A stretch of 63,985 nucleotides of DNA, filler included, from Trichomonas gallinae (lineage: Eukaryota), in the NCBI GenBank assembly GCA_008369845.1. It is 6 parts of 6 records of this genome, joined end to end, with 100 filler letters (N's around TTAATTAATTAA, not from the genome) between each part and the next. Parts side by side here need not be neighbours in the genome. Positions count along the whole stretch, not along the records: positions 37,102 to 54,693 come from MRSU01000678.1; positions 54,794 to 62,258 come from MRSU01000679.1; positions 62,359 to 63,985 come from MRSU01000685.1; 3 more parts are not named here. One strand, given 5' to 3'. Under the pieces are notes generated by a model. The model saw only the letters and a program-made list of their open reading frames with translations, searched no databases and was not told the origin of the DNA. Position numbers and translations under genes: made by a program. Every line of letters starts with the position of its first letter. Position 1 is the stretch's first letter. This document shows positions 54,617 through 63,985 of this stretch, piece by piece.

Positions 54617-54693
54617 GGGCGGGTTGGTGTGATCTCAGCCTGTAAAGCGTACGCTGCCCTTAGAATTCAGGCGGTCGTGTAGGCCAAGGTAAA
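54617..54693 (+). ncRNA. Probable SRP (7SL) RNA, 5' Alu domain, truncated by the gap
   Basis: GGGC/GCCC closing helix, GGTTG/CAGCC hairpin, UGUAA (UGUNR) junction, AGCG/CGCT hairpin: the canonical Alu three-way junction. Confidence 0.7.
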
Positions 54694-54793
54694 NNNNNNN
54701 NNNNNNNNNNNNNNNNNNNNNNNNNNNNNNNNNNNNNTTAATTAATTAANNNNNNNNNNNNNNNNNNNNNNNNNNNNNNNNNNNNNNNNNNNN
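54694..54793. other. Artificial contig linker
   Basis: N44-TTAATTAATTAA-N44. Confidence 0.98.
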
Positions 54794-54799
54794 AAAAAA
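54794..54799 (-). terminator. RNA polymerase III oligo-T terminator of tRNA-Trp
   Basis: At least T6 on the minus strand 2 nt after the tRNA 3' end. Confidence 0.7.
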
Positions 54800-54801
54800 T
54801 T

Positions 54802-54873
54802 TGAGGCCGAAGGGAGTCGAACCCCCAACCTTGAGATCTGGAGTCTCACGCAATGCCATTATGCTACAGCCCC
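54802..54873 (-). tRNA. tRNA-Trp: tRNA-Trp(CCA)
   Basis: GGGGCTG/CGGCCTC acceptor, TGAGA-CTCCAGA-TCTCA anticodon arm, GGGGG-TTCGACT-CCCTT T arm; 72 nt, no intron. Confidence 0.97.
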
Positions 54874-55284
54874 AACACATTTAATAACTTAATTTCTTAT
54901 TAATATATTAAAAAATTCTAATTCATAGCATTAATTTTATTTATTCTTTATAATAATGAAAGCATGGCGTAATTTACAATGTTAGCTAATTACACTTTTC
55001 AAATACATGTTTAAAATGAAGAATTATTTATTTTTATTTTCATCACTCAAAGATATTTTCTGACACCTAAATAGTGCAACAAAATACTAATTAATCAAAT
55101 TTCGTTGATACCTGATATCAAATTATAACATCATTGAATGTTTATATAGTTAATGCTGATAAGTCACATATCCAAGGTATCTAAAAACATATATCATACA
55201 GAAAATATGTTAAGACTTTTCAAAATAGTTAATTATGCATGAATATACAACATATTATTCGTTAATACAAAAACACATATAATT

Positions 55285-56262
55285 TTATGCTTTCTTCATT
55301 TCTGATAAAAGCTTTGAAAGATCAAATTCGGTTTCTAATTCATTATCATATAATGAATTATCAATCTGAGGTATTTCTGGAATCTGGAACTCAAACCAGT
55401 CATTTGTAGTGTTCTGAGGTGGAATCTTCGATGCTTTTACGCTTGATATCAAATTTTCAAATTTTGATGAATCATTTAACTCAGAACTAAGGTTTTGAAG
55501 TATAGATTCTTGTGAATTTATCGATTTGTGGTCTGTATGTTCTTCTTTTTTAGAATTATTTTCATTGATAAAGAAATTTGCAAGAGAATCATTCATTGAC
55601 ATTGACTTTAGATTAGTTCCTTGCTCTGGAGTTTTAATTGCAACTGCTTTGTGCTTATTATCGCTATCTGGAGTTTTTATGAAATTATCGATTTTGATTT
55701 CCTCGATTTGTGGAATATCTTGAACTTTTGGTATCTCATCAATATTAGCTTTATGTTTCTCGACTAGGAAAGGATTTTCCTCAACTGGCGTGGTTTGCTT
55801 AAGAATTGAATCGTGTTCACGGGCAGAAAGAAATGGAATTAAATCTTCTGGATCAGGCTTATTTGGATGAGGAGCTTTATAAGGATCTTTAAGATTTTCA
55901 CGATTTGATGCCCAAACATCTAAATCATCTTTAGACTCATATCGAGGAGATTTGGGTGGCTCCACATCCAAATCATCAGCAAATGAAACAGAAATTCTCC
56001 TGGCTTGTTTTGGAAGATTTTGCTCTGTATTTTGTTCAGTATTTGCAAGCTCGTTTTGTGTAGTATTGTTTTCTTCGTTCTTTACAGTCGTATCGTCTTG
56101 TTTTTGTTTATTTTCATCTTGATTTCTATTTTCTGATTTAAATTCCGAAGTTTCTTTTGGTAATTCTTTAGTATTCTCTTTCTTGTCCTTTTTACCTCCA
56201 TCACCATCCTCTGAATCTGAATAATAACTATAATAGTTGCTGTAATATTCACTTTTCGACAT
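55285..56262 (-). CDS. Hypothetical acidic, low-complexity (probably disordered) protein
   Basis: 325-aa ORF rich in E/N/K/S with Tyr/Ser-rich N-terminus. Confidence 0.75.
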   Translation of the reverse strand: MSKSEYYSNYYSYYSDSEDGDGGKKDKKENTKELPKETSEFKSENRNQDENKQKQDDTTVKNEENNTTQNELANTEQNTEQNLPKQARRISVSFADDLDVEPPKSPRYESKDDLDVWASNRENLKDPYKAPHPNKPDPEDLIPFLSAREHDSILKQTTPVEENPFLVEKHKANIDEIPKVQDIPQIEEIKIDNFIKTPDSDNKHKAVAIKTPEQGTNLKSMSMNDSLANFFINENNSKKEEHTDHKSINSQESILQNLSSELNDSSKFENLISSVKASKIPPQNTTNDWFEFQIPEIPQIDNSLYDNELETEFDLSKLLSEMKKA

Positions 56263-56859
56263 CGGAAAAAATTAAGACGATAAATTTTATGAACCTTATT
56301 GTTATTTCCAGTCATATTTAGTTCATATACATCATGTAGGTGCTATATTCCGAATGTGGATAAAAATCGATCAATTTCCTTGGCTAAATCTTTGATTTTG
56401 AGACCCAATGCTTTGCATATGCATAGAGAATGTATAATTAGTTAAAATTATCATTGGATAATACTTGTTATGTTAGGTAAAATTTATTGAGTAAAATCTG
56501 ATCTAAATTTTGTTATATTTGTAAATGCCAACAATCATAAATATGCCTAGTTATGCTATTTACCAAGTATCAGAACATAATTTCTAATATTCGAGAAAAA
56601 TTTTTTACGAATTTTGAAATTTTGTATAATCTAAGTTATTTTTATATTCTATGCGATGTATAGAATATAATTAAAATAAGAACAATCAAGCGAGAAATTT
56701 GTTATCCTCATTGAAAATTTTATAAACGGTAATTGATTAATATTGATCAAAAGAACATTTTATATAAGAAAAAATTTTGAATTGTTATCAAAATTGAGAT
56801 AAAATTTTTATCACTTTTGTTGAGGCTAAATTTTTACCCTTTTGTCACTTTTATTCATA

Positions 56860-57900
56860 ATGCTCCGGTCCCTATCAACCGACTTAGATATGATAGGCAG
56901 CAGGTACAAATTCATAGAGGAGATCGGATCAGGTGCTTTTGGAAGCGTTTCTAAGGCATATGATTTAGAAAAGAAGATAATTGTTGCCTTGAAGAAATTA
57001 AAAGATGCATTTTCTCATGACTTCAATGAAGAACGGATTATCAATGAAATAACTATTTTACAGAAACTTCAACATCCGAATATTGTTAAGATATACGATA
57101 TAATTTATTCAAAATCAGATCACAATTATTACATTTCCATGGAATATTGCGAGCAAGACCTCATTACTTTGCTAGAAACCAACAAATTACAGCCACAACA
57201 CATCAAATACTTCATGTTACAGATTCTTGAAGCATTAAAATATTTAAATGCTCAACATTTTGTTCATCAAGACATTAAACCACATAATATACTAGTTCAG
57301 AATGGAGAAAAGATCAAAATTGCTGACTTTGGACTTGCAGTTTCCTATCCACATGATTCAAAAGCAGATATCAGTGGGGGAACACCATCATACAACTCCC
57401 CAGAGAAGTTATTTGGAGCAACACAGATAACACCAGCTTCAGATATTTGGTCTACAGGAGTATTATTTTATCAACTTATCACAAAGAGTCATGTTTTCAG
57501 TTCTTCCAGTTCCTCTGATCAAGTAATCATTTCAATACTTAATATTTGCGGAGCTCCAGACCTCAACAAATGGTCTGAGGTTAAACAAATGAAATATTTC
57601 TCCAAGTTTATTAAATATGCTAATCCTAATCCAACAATGAGCTCCAAGTTCAATGATGAAATGATTGCTTCCTACGGAAACATCATTACTGATATTAGAA
57701 AAATGTTGAATATTATTCCTTCTGAACGTCCAACTGCTGAAGAGCTTTTGAAGTCTGGAGACTTCAAAGCAGCTCCAGCTTCAGCCCAAATTACAGAAGA
57801 GTTTCACATGAAACTCAAAAATACTAGAAATATTATTCTTGATACAATTACACCAATTGCTAGGCCTTTAATGCCAAAGCCAGCTTTGTTGTTAGCATAA
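56860..57900 (+). CDS. CMGC/CDK-like Ser/Thr protein kinase
   Basis: IGSGAFGSV, VALKKL, EITILQKLQHPNIV, HQDIKPHN, DFGLA, YNSPE, DIWSTG; ATG at 56860 after Inr TCACTT. Confidence 0.95.
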   Translation: MLRSLSTDLDMIGSRYKFIEEIGSGAFGSVSKAYDLEKKIIVALKKLKDAFSHDFNEERIINEITILQKLQHPNIVKIYDIIYSKSDHNYYISMEYCEQDLITLLETNKLQPQHIKYFMLQILEALKYLNAQHFVHQDIKPHNILVQNGEKIKIADFGLAVSYPHDSKADISGGTPSYNSPEKLFGATQITPASDIWSTGVLFYQLITKSHVFSSSSSSDQVIISILNICGAPDLNKWSEVKQMKYFSKFIKYANPNPTMSSKFNDEMIASYGNIITDIRKMLNIIPSERPTAEELLKSGDFKAAPASAQITEEFHMKLKNTRNIILDTITPIARPLMPKPALLLA

Positions 57901-58294
57901 AGTTTGTTTGTTGTTTGTTATTAATTATTATCTTTTTTTTATTAACAAGAGTTTTCACCTTTAACTTTCCTGTGCTTTATAGTGACTACTATTCCTAGAA
58001 TGTTATAGTTATTTCAAGCTGTAAAAAAATATTAAATATTTTTTGAGACATTCATCTAAAGCTGATGTGTTTTATCCTACTTTAATCAGATAATTGTTTT
58101 CATATATGTTTTAAGCACAAAATCATACATTTCTATGGAATCTAAATTTTCAATGACTTTTCGTTAGACCGATATCAAAGACAGCGGTGGAATTGTCAAA
58201 AATTTGATGATAACAAGTATAGAGCCATGGAACAGCTCACATTGGAAATATAAAAAGGATAAGAAAATAAAAATAATTTTACACTAGATTCTTT

Positions 58295-58409
58295 CTGTGT
58301 TAGAACTCTATGCTACTGCTATATCCAGAAAGTTGTTTGGAGGTTAAAATAGTATTGAAAGGAAGAACAAAAATTTTAACCTGTGTTAGAACTCTATGCT
58401 ACTGCTATA
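58295..58409. repeat. Perfect 29-bp direct repeat, two copies
   Basis: CTGTGTTAGAACTCTATGCTACTGCTATA at 58295-58323 and 58381-58409. Confidence 0.9.
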
Positions 58410-58639
58410 ATCAGTTTTTCTATTGTCATATTTATAATTAACAAGTTTTTCAAGATAAAAAATTCCTACAGTTTTTACTAACAATTTTTTTGAGAGATGA
58501 AGCCGCATTTTTGAATGGATAAAGGTTTCCATCATAAGCCTTTATCACAATGACTGTTTTAGCTTTTTAGTGAGAATACAAAAGCTTTTATAAAAAAGTA
58601 CACAATTGTTTTGAAAAAATATTTTTTTATTCTACACTC

Positions 58640-59938
58640 AACATGCTGCGCCAACATCTCCTTTAGTGTATAACTGGGTCAAATACTCTTATTGGATCTA
58701 CGGATATGTATCAGATTTCGACATAAAATACTAAAATGCAACCAAAACATATGATGATGCATGATGGTTCCCATTCTTCAATGTTGACGGAGGCCAGAAT
58801 GTCACAATACTTGGAAAGAACAATGATACAGCTTACTCAAATAACATACATGTTGCAACTGTTTTATCACAACCTTTAGGCGAAAACTACCTTTTCATAC
58901 GATGGATATTGTCAAAAAACGGAACTAAGTCTAGAAAAGCTTTTTTAGCATCTTATACAGACGTTTCGATTGCGGGTAATGATTATGCTGATGTCTTTTG
59001 GTATGGAGACTCGCAGAGCAAAAGAGGATTGACGATGCAAGACACGAAATACGCAAATTACTCGTTAACATTATTGACGAAAGATGCTTATGGTGCGACA
59101 AATGTTGACACTTTTTGGTTTGATAAATGGGAACTACTGAAAATGCATTACCGGGATAACAGGATATCAATTTATAATCTGATAAATACTGATTCAGCAT
59201 TTTCTTTTGGATGGCTTAATAGAAATGTTGAACCAGGAGAAAATATCACGCTTGGTGTTCTTCTTGGAATAGGAGAAGATTTATAACAATGACCTGAAAT
59301 GCACAAGATTTTGATGCAGGCGAAAATGTTTCAATTTTTTTATAACCTAACAAATGTCGCTGATAACATTTCAAATGTTTTGGTTGGCAAAAATGAAACA
59401 GGCATAACTGGATTAAATCAAAACTTCAGCTTTGACAACACCCCAACGAACTCCATTTCTGTCTCTATAACCAACTCCTGAACAATCATTAATTCCAACA
59501 CCAGCAATTTCACCACAACAAAGTCCTTTTCGATCATTGGAACCAACTCCAATCCCATCATTAAAGCAAACCAACTGCTGCACAAACATTAAAATTATCT
59601 TCTTCACGATAAATGAAACAAATCCGAACATCTTTTCAAGCCCATATATATAGATTAGTACTAATAATGCAGAAGATAGTGTTGTAACAGGAAAAGTAAC
59701 AACAACAATAGAAAAATGAACAAGCAATTCAACCAATTAAATGCCCTATATAATTGAAATTGCGGCTTTTATTGTCGTTGCAATTGTAGCAACAATGATT
59801 ATTGTTGCAATAAAATCAAGAGAAGATGATTCTTCTAGTAGTCATGAACAAGAAAACTCTGCAACATCACATATAGCAGAGGAAATACAAGCATCAAATG
59901 AAAATCATGATCTAGATATTCATGAAATTAATATTTGA
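58640..59938 (+). pseudogene. Fragmented type I surface-protein gene (Bap-like trichomonad family)
   Basis: Successive fragments: NVDTFWF...DSAFSFGWLNRNVEPGE domain, Pro/Thr-rich linker, TM IAAFIVVAIVATMIIVAI and acidic tail, separated by stops and frameshifts. Confidence 0.7.
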
Positions 59939-61339
59939 ACAAGTATAACGTTTTTAAAACAATGATAAACACTATGCCCTTTCATCTTAATATAATTATT
60001 CATGATATTGATAGAATAAAGACATTATAATGAAGCCTCATCATCTGGGCAGTACTTTTTCATAAGTTCTTGAGTTAGCTGAATAAATGTGTTGAAAATA
60101 TCACGAGATTCGTCAGTTGCTCCTCTTCCACCATAGATTCAATCAGTAGGATCAATTATTATATAACTACTCAGTTATTTATTGTTTTTCTATAAAATCT
60201 ACTGAAAATATAATCAAATTTACTTAATCAATTTTTGAAGATAGAGAATTTAACAGCTACTCGGTAACATTATTATAAGTGGCTGTATATTTTTATATAT
60301 ATATATATATGTATTTAATACTTTTTAAACATTGCATAAAAAAAATTCTTAAGAGCTCTTAAGAATACTTGCACTTCAATGTAATTTAATCAATATTATT
60401 GATGGCAATAGTTTTACGACTTTCTTTTTTTACAAAAAAAAGTTGGCATTATTTTGATTGAATAAATATCCAATTCATAAAAATATGTCTAAATGGTCTA
60501 TAATAATGATTAAGAATTTTGTTTTAATTTTACGACTACAATAATTTGATGCATTTATTATGTGGGAGGATAGACTTCAAAGTATCCTTCAGCTGTGTCG
60601 TTATTACAAAGTATATTCATAGATAAAACAGCATTTGAAGAAAACTGATAAATCTCCGAAATTCACACATGAATGGGTTCCAAATTAATCTTTCAGATCA
60701 ACTAGTTTGTATTTAACATATTTAATCAATATTTGAACGTTATTTGAACATGATGCACATTCCACAACAAAAAAATTAAAATTCATAAAAATCATTTAAC
60801 TTTCCAACAATTTAGTAATATAGACCGAATCAAAACAAAAAGCAAAAAACCAAATACATCTAATTCAATATTTTTTTTTTATTATTAGATCAAATTAGAA
60901 TAAATCTAAAAAATCAATAATATCTCATCAATTACAAAGCTATTACAGTACCAGTGCAACATCATATCGAAATACCATCAATGGATCATTATATTATGCA
61001 GACCATCATATCAATCAAAACTATTGATAGCTTCAAGCATATCATGTAAATATCAGAGCCACACACGTTAGTTTTTAATCATGCTTTACAATTCCATTCA
61101 TAACGACTATTATCGAAATAATTGCTATTTCTATCAATTTCCATTATGATAATAAGCAGAATAATATTTCCAGCAACTTTAGAACGATTGCATTTTGAAT
61201 GACAGCATCAAATGCAAAACTTTTAAAAAATCATGCAACTTCACAAACATATGAAAAAGACTTCATTGACGCAAAAATTTCAATTGACAAATTCACATAA
61301 ATTTATAAATATACAAAACGATTTGCGAAACAATAAAAA

Positions 61340-61897
61340 TCAATCCATGCAGGCGTCGATGAATCGGTTAAAGGATTCTGAATAACTGTTTATCCAAATT
61401 GAACAGTCAGGATCTAAAATATCAAGATTTAGTAATGAATCATTCTCAGCATCATTCTTCATTTCGTCACTTTCCTGTGAAAGAGACTGAATTTTGGCTA
61501 CTCTATACTCTGTGTTCTTTTTGTACATCATATCTGCTGATATATCAATAGGATTTTGAAATGATGTATAACAATCACGGTCAATTTTTCTGATTCGCTT
61601 CAGTAATGAAATCTTTTTGTTTCGTAAGGCATAATAATCCTTATTTGGGAACAAAGTTTTCAAACTTGCAGTTGAAATACGATCATTGTTAAAGTTTTTC
61701 TTCAAGTAGTCCAACAGCAACTCTATTTCCTCGTTCGTAAAATTACAGTTTAATTTGCTGGCTCTTATCAGGTCATAAATTTTCCTGGTGCTGCATTTAA
61801 ACATTCTTGCAATTGTTTTTGGCTTCACTCCTTCCTCATGCAAAGCTATGATCTTACTTTTCTCAGATGTGGTGAACCTGCTTAGCTTCTTGCCCAT
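61340..61897 (-). CDS. HTH plus Myb-like DNA-binding protein
   Basis: FTTSEKSKIIALHEEGVKPKTIARMFKCSTRKIYDLI (Tc1/Tc3-type HTH pattern), then FTNEEIELLL...LFPNKDYYALRNK (Myb-like). Confidence 0.7.
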   Translation of the reverse strand: MGKKLSRFTTSEKSKIIALHEEGVKPKTIARMFKCSTRKIYDLIRASKLNCNFTNEEIELLLDYLKKNFNNDRISTASLKTLFPNKDYYALRNKKISLLKRIRKIDRDCYTSFQNPIDISADMMYKKNTEYRVAKIQSLSQESDEMKNDAENDSLLNLDILDPDCSIWINSYSESFNRFIDACMD

Positions 61898-62183
61898 TCA
61901 GTCTTTTGTGATTTATAGGCACGTTTTTATTTACTTTCTGAAATATATTGAATGTTCTTCACATTTTTGAAAGCAACTTTCGGTTAATACCAAAAATTGA
62001 CAGTTGGCAAAATTTGTTTTTAATTAATATTGCATATATTAACAAACTTAACGAACGTGAGTAGTTTGATTTTAAAGTATTTTTTATGATGGTGAAATCG
62101 AACGTTCGTTTGTACTTTACTTAAAGTTCGTCTAGTGGCTTATAATTGTGATTACCGGTTTCGTTTCAATTAATACTATGTAA

Positions 62184-62258
62184 CAGTGGAACAATAACCA
62201 GGGATAAAAAGTGAGACCAGGGATATTCTCAATTTTTAGGCAGGGGGTGCTTCCAAGT
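62184..62258. mobile_element. Possible DNA transposon terminus at a contig edge
   Basis: Begins CAGTGG, contains ACCAGGGATA twice (62197, 62216), is GC-richer than its flank and runs into the gap. Confidence 0.4.
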
Positions 62259-62358
62259 NNNNNNNNNNNNNNNNNNNNNNNNNNNNNNNNNNNNNNNNNN
62301 NNTTAATTAATTAANNNNNNNNNNNNNNNNNNNNNNNNNNNNNNNNNNNNNNNNNNNN
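62259..62358. other. Artificial contig linker
   Basis: N44-TTAATTAATTAA-N44. Confidence 0.98.
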
Positions 62359-62507
62359 CCGAAGCATGCAACAATTGGGGACTCTTCGACGCAAAAATGT
62401 GCGTCTTCCATTGTATCTCTTCTGCCACACATTGTTGCGACGCCATATGACAACATTCCGAACATTCCTGACTCCTCTTGATGATCTGTTCGTAATTTAC
62501 TCGTCAT
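62359..62507 (-). CDS. Protein phosphatase 2C, 5' fragment truncated by the gap
   Basis: LSYGVATMCGRRDTMEDAH is the PP2C N-terminal motif. Confidence 0.88.
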
Positions 62508-62682
62508 GAAATGTTAGATAGTTCATTTTTTAAAATTCACTTAGAAAACATGTCAACTTGATCACCAAAATCTACTTTCCAAAGATTGTCAACGCAGGTT
62601 CGCTTACCATAAATATAGTATCTAAAATATAAATTATTAAAATTTATGTTATTTTCAAACTCTATTAATTTGTTTTCGATTA

Positions 62683-63685
62683 TTAATATGAATAAAAAAT
62701 TGTTTCTAAATGATTAATCAAAATTTTTTTTGATGCACTAGATACATAGTTACTAATTTCATCATGATTTAATTGCTTATTTTTTAATGCATAAACTCCT
62801 TCGCAGCCTTCATAGATTAAGTGAATTAATTCGTTGTTAAATGAGTTCGTTTGAGCGAGGACAGTGACAGATGACTTATTACCATCATAGTTACACTTAT
62901 TCATTGTAACTGAACCTTTTTCATATAAAAAAATCATTTTATTTCCTGCTTTGTTTCTGAGAATGCAGCATTCTTCAAAATAAATTTGATCACTAGTATA
63001 AAAAGCATACGAATTCTTACTATCATTATCGATGAAATTGCATTTTTTTATTGGACATGGAATATATGACCAAAATCTAGAACATTGATTTGGAGACTCA
63101 TTTTCGGCAAATGTGCAAAATCTAATATCATTAATTGACACAAAAAAAGAATGAAATATTACATCATCATTTCCTTTGTTTCTGCTGATATTTGTTGAAA
63201 TGCAACTAAACTTTCCATATCGAATTTCATTTGTGCTCAATCCTACTCCTGGTTGACCGCAATCACAAATTGTGGATTCAATATAAGCATTAAAATGATT
63301 TGTGTTTTGATCAGTTCTTGAAAAACTCCTGAACTACCAGTTGTTATTGATTCCAGTCCACAGACTTGGTAAATAACAATTGATCCTTTATCAAAGTAAA
63401 TTGATGCACCAAATGAACTAGTGGAGCATGATGTAAATGAACTTCGTAAAATTAAGAGGTTGTTATTCGAGTTATCACTGACTCTGACTGCTTGATTAAG
63501 TGAGTGGAATGAATTTGTAGTTACGAAAAAGTTTCCTGTTGTGATTCGAACAAATACTGAATTTTCTTTATATGTTTCGCTAATACGTTTTTCTCCAAAA
63601 AATTGCTGCCAAACATCATTATTTCCTTTGTTAAGCTGCATCCAATCAGGATAATTGATATAATCAGTTCTCTACATATTAACAT
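62683..63685 (-). pseudogene. Secreted beta-helix-like hypothetical protein with two frameshifts
   Basis: Inr then ATG at 63685 (signal peptide MLICRELIISIILIG); one-base shifts near 63627 and in the T-run at 63321-63325 join three ORFs into one ~334-aa protein with SSFTSC...GASIYF and FCTFAEN, KCNFIDN, ECCILRN repeats. Confidence 0.75.
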
Positions 63686-63985
63686 TTTCAATGAAAAGTC
63701 CAAAATCCTCTTAAAATCATTTTGTCAAATTTTGTTGTATACACTCTCAATTTTTACATATAAAATTTCTCTTCTTTATTTTCCTAGATATATTTTAAGT
63801 AATTAATATGTTACACAAAATTTCATTAGAGTATTCTTTTTCATTGTGTATCATTTAGAAATTTTGCTGCAATCGATATATTAATGGTCAATATTCCATA
63901 ACAACGAGTACTAAATATAAATATGGTGAGATTTCAATTTGGTAGCTGATTTCGGGCGTGCAAGCAAAAATGAGTTGATTGATTT

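Noticed and set aside
58291..58306. Spliceosomal intron 3' end (TTCTAACACAG on the minus strand)
   Set aside because: Does not match the fixed ACTAACACACAG branch-to-acceptor spacing of trichomonad introns and lies outside any gene. I saw no convincing intron in the window.
58295..58409. Mini CRISPR array
   Set aside because: Only two repeats, a 57-bp spacer, no cas genes, eukaryotic context.
8739..62358. TTAATTAATTAA repeated five times as a biological repeat
   Set aside because: Always centred in exactly 44+44 Ns; it is an assembly linker. ORFs running into it (36817-37053 and the X-containing part of 62307-62507) are artefacts.

Overview
AT-rich, intron-less eukaryotic DNA from a trichomonad (Trichomonas vaginalis or a close relative). 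Evidence: an initiator-binding-domain (IBP39-type) gene, Inr (TCAYW) and AAAGTGAC motifs just upstream of ATGs, and ankyrin, BspA-like and Bap-like gene debris. The window is six contigs joined by five identical artificial 100-nt linkers (N44-TTAATTAATTAA-N44), so adjacency across linkers is unproven. It holds about 26 intact CDS (GlyRS, VPS13, VPS29, Rho/Rac GTPase, TatD, CLN3, an Hsp70-family protein, an amino-acid permease, Myb, SGF29-like, several karyopherin-like ARM/HEAT proteins, a bacterial-type PhzF), several pseudogenes, tRNA-Asp(GTC), tRNA-Trp(CCA) and what folds as the 5' Alu domain of an SRP (7SL) RNA. The most notable non-coding structures are a ~190-bp tandem repeat carrying paired TTTACATGACAAA boxes (the motif recurs in other intergenic regions), a ~90-bp mini-element inserted into it with an empty-site control next door, a ~430-bp MITE with ~52-bp terminal inverted repeats, and a 21-bp phased array. 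Many starts in the ORF track use TTG/GTG; I moved them to the first ATG downstream of an Inr-like motif. All family calls are by motif recognition; no searches were run.
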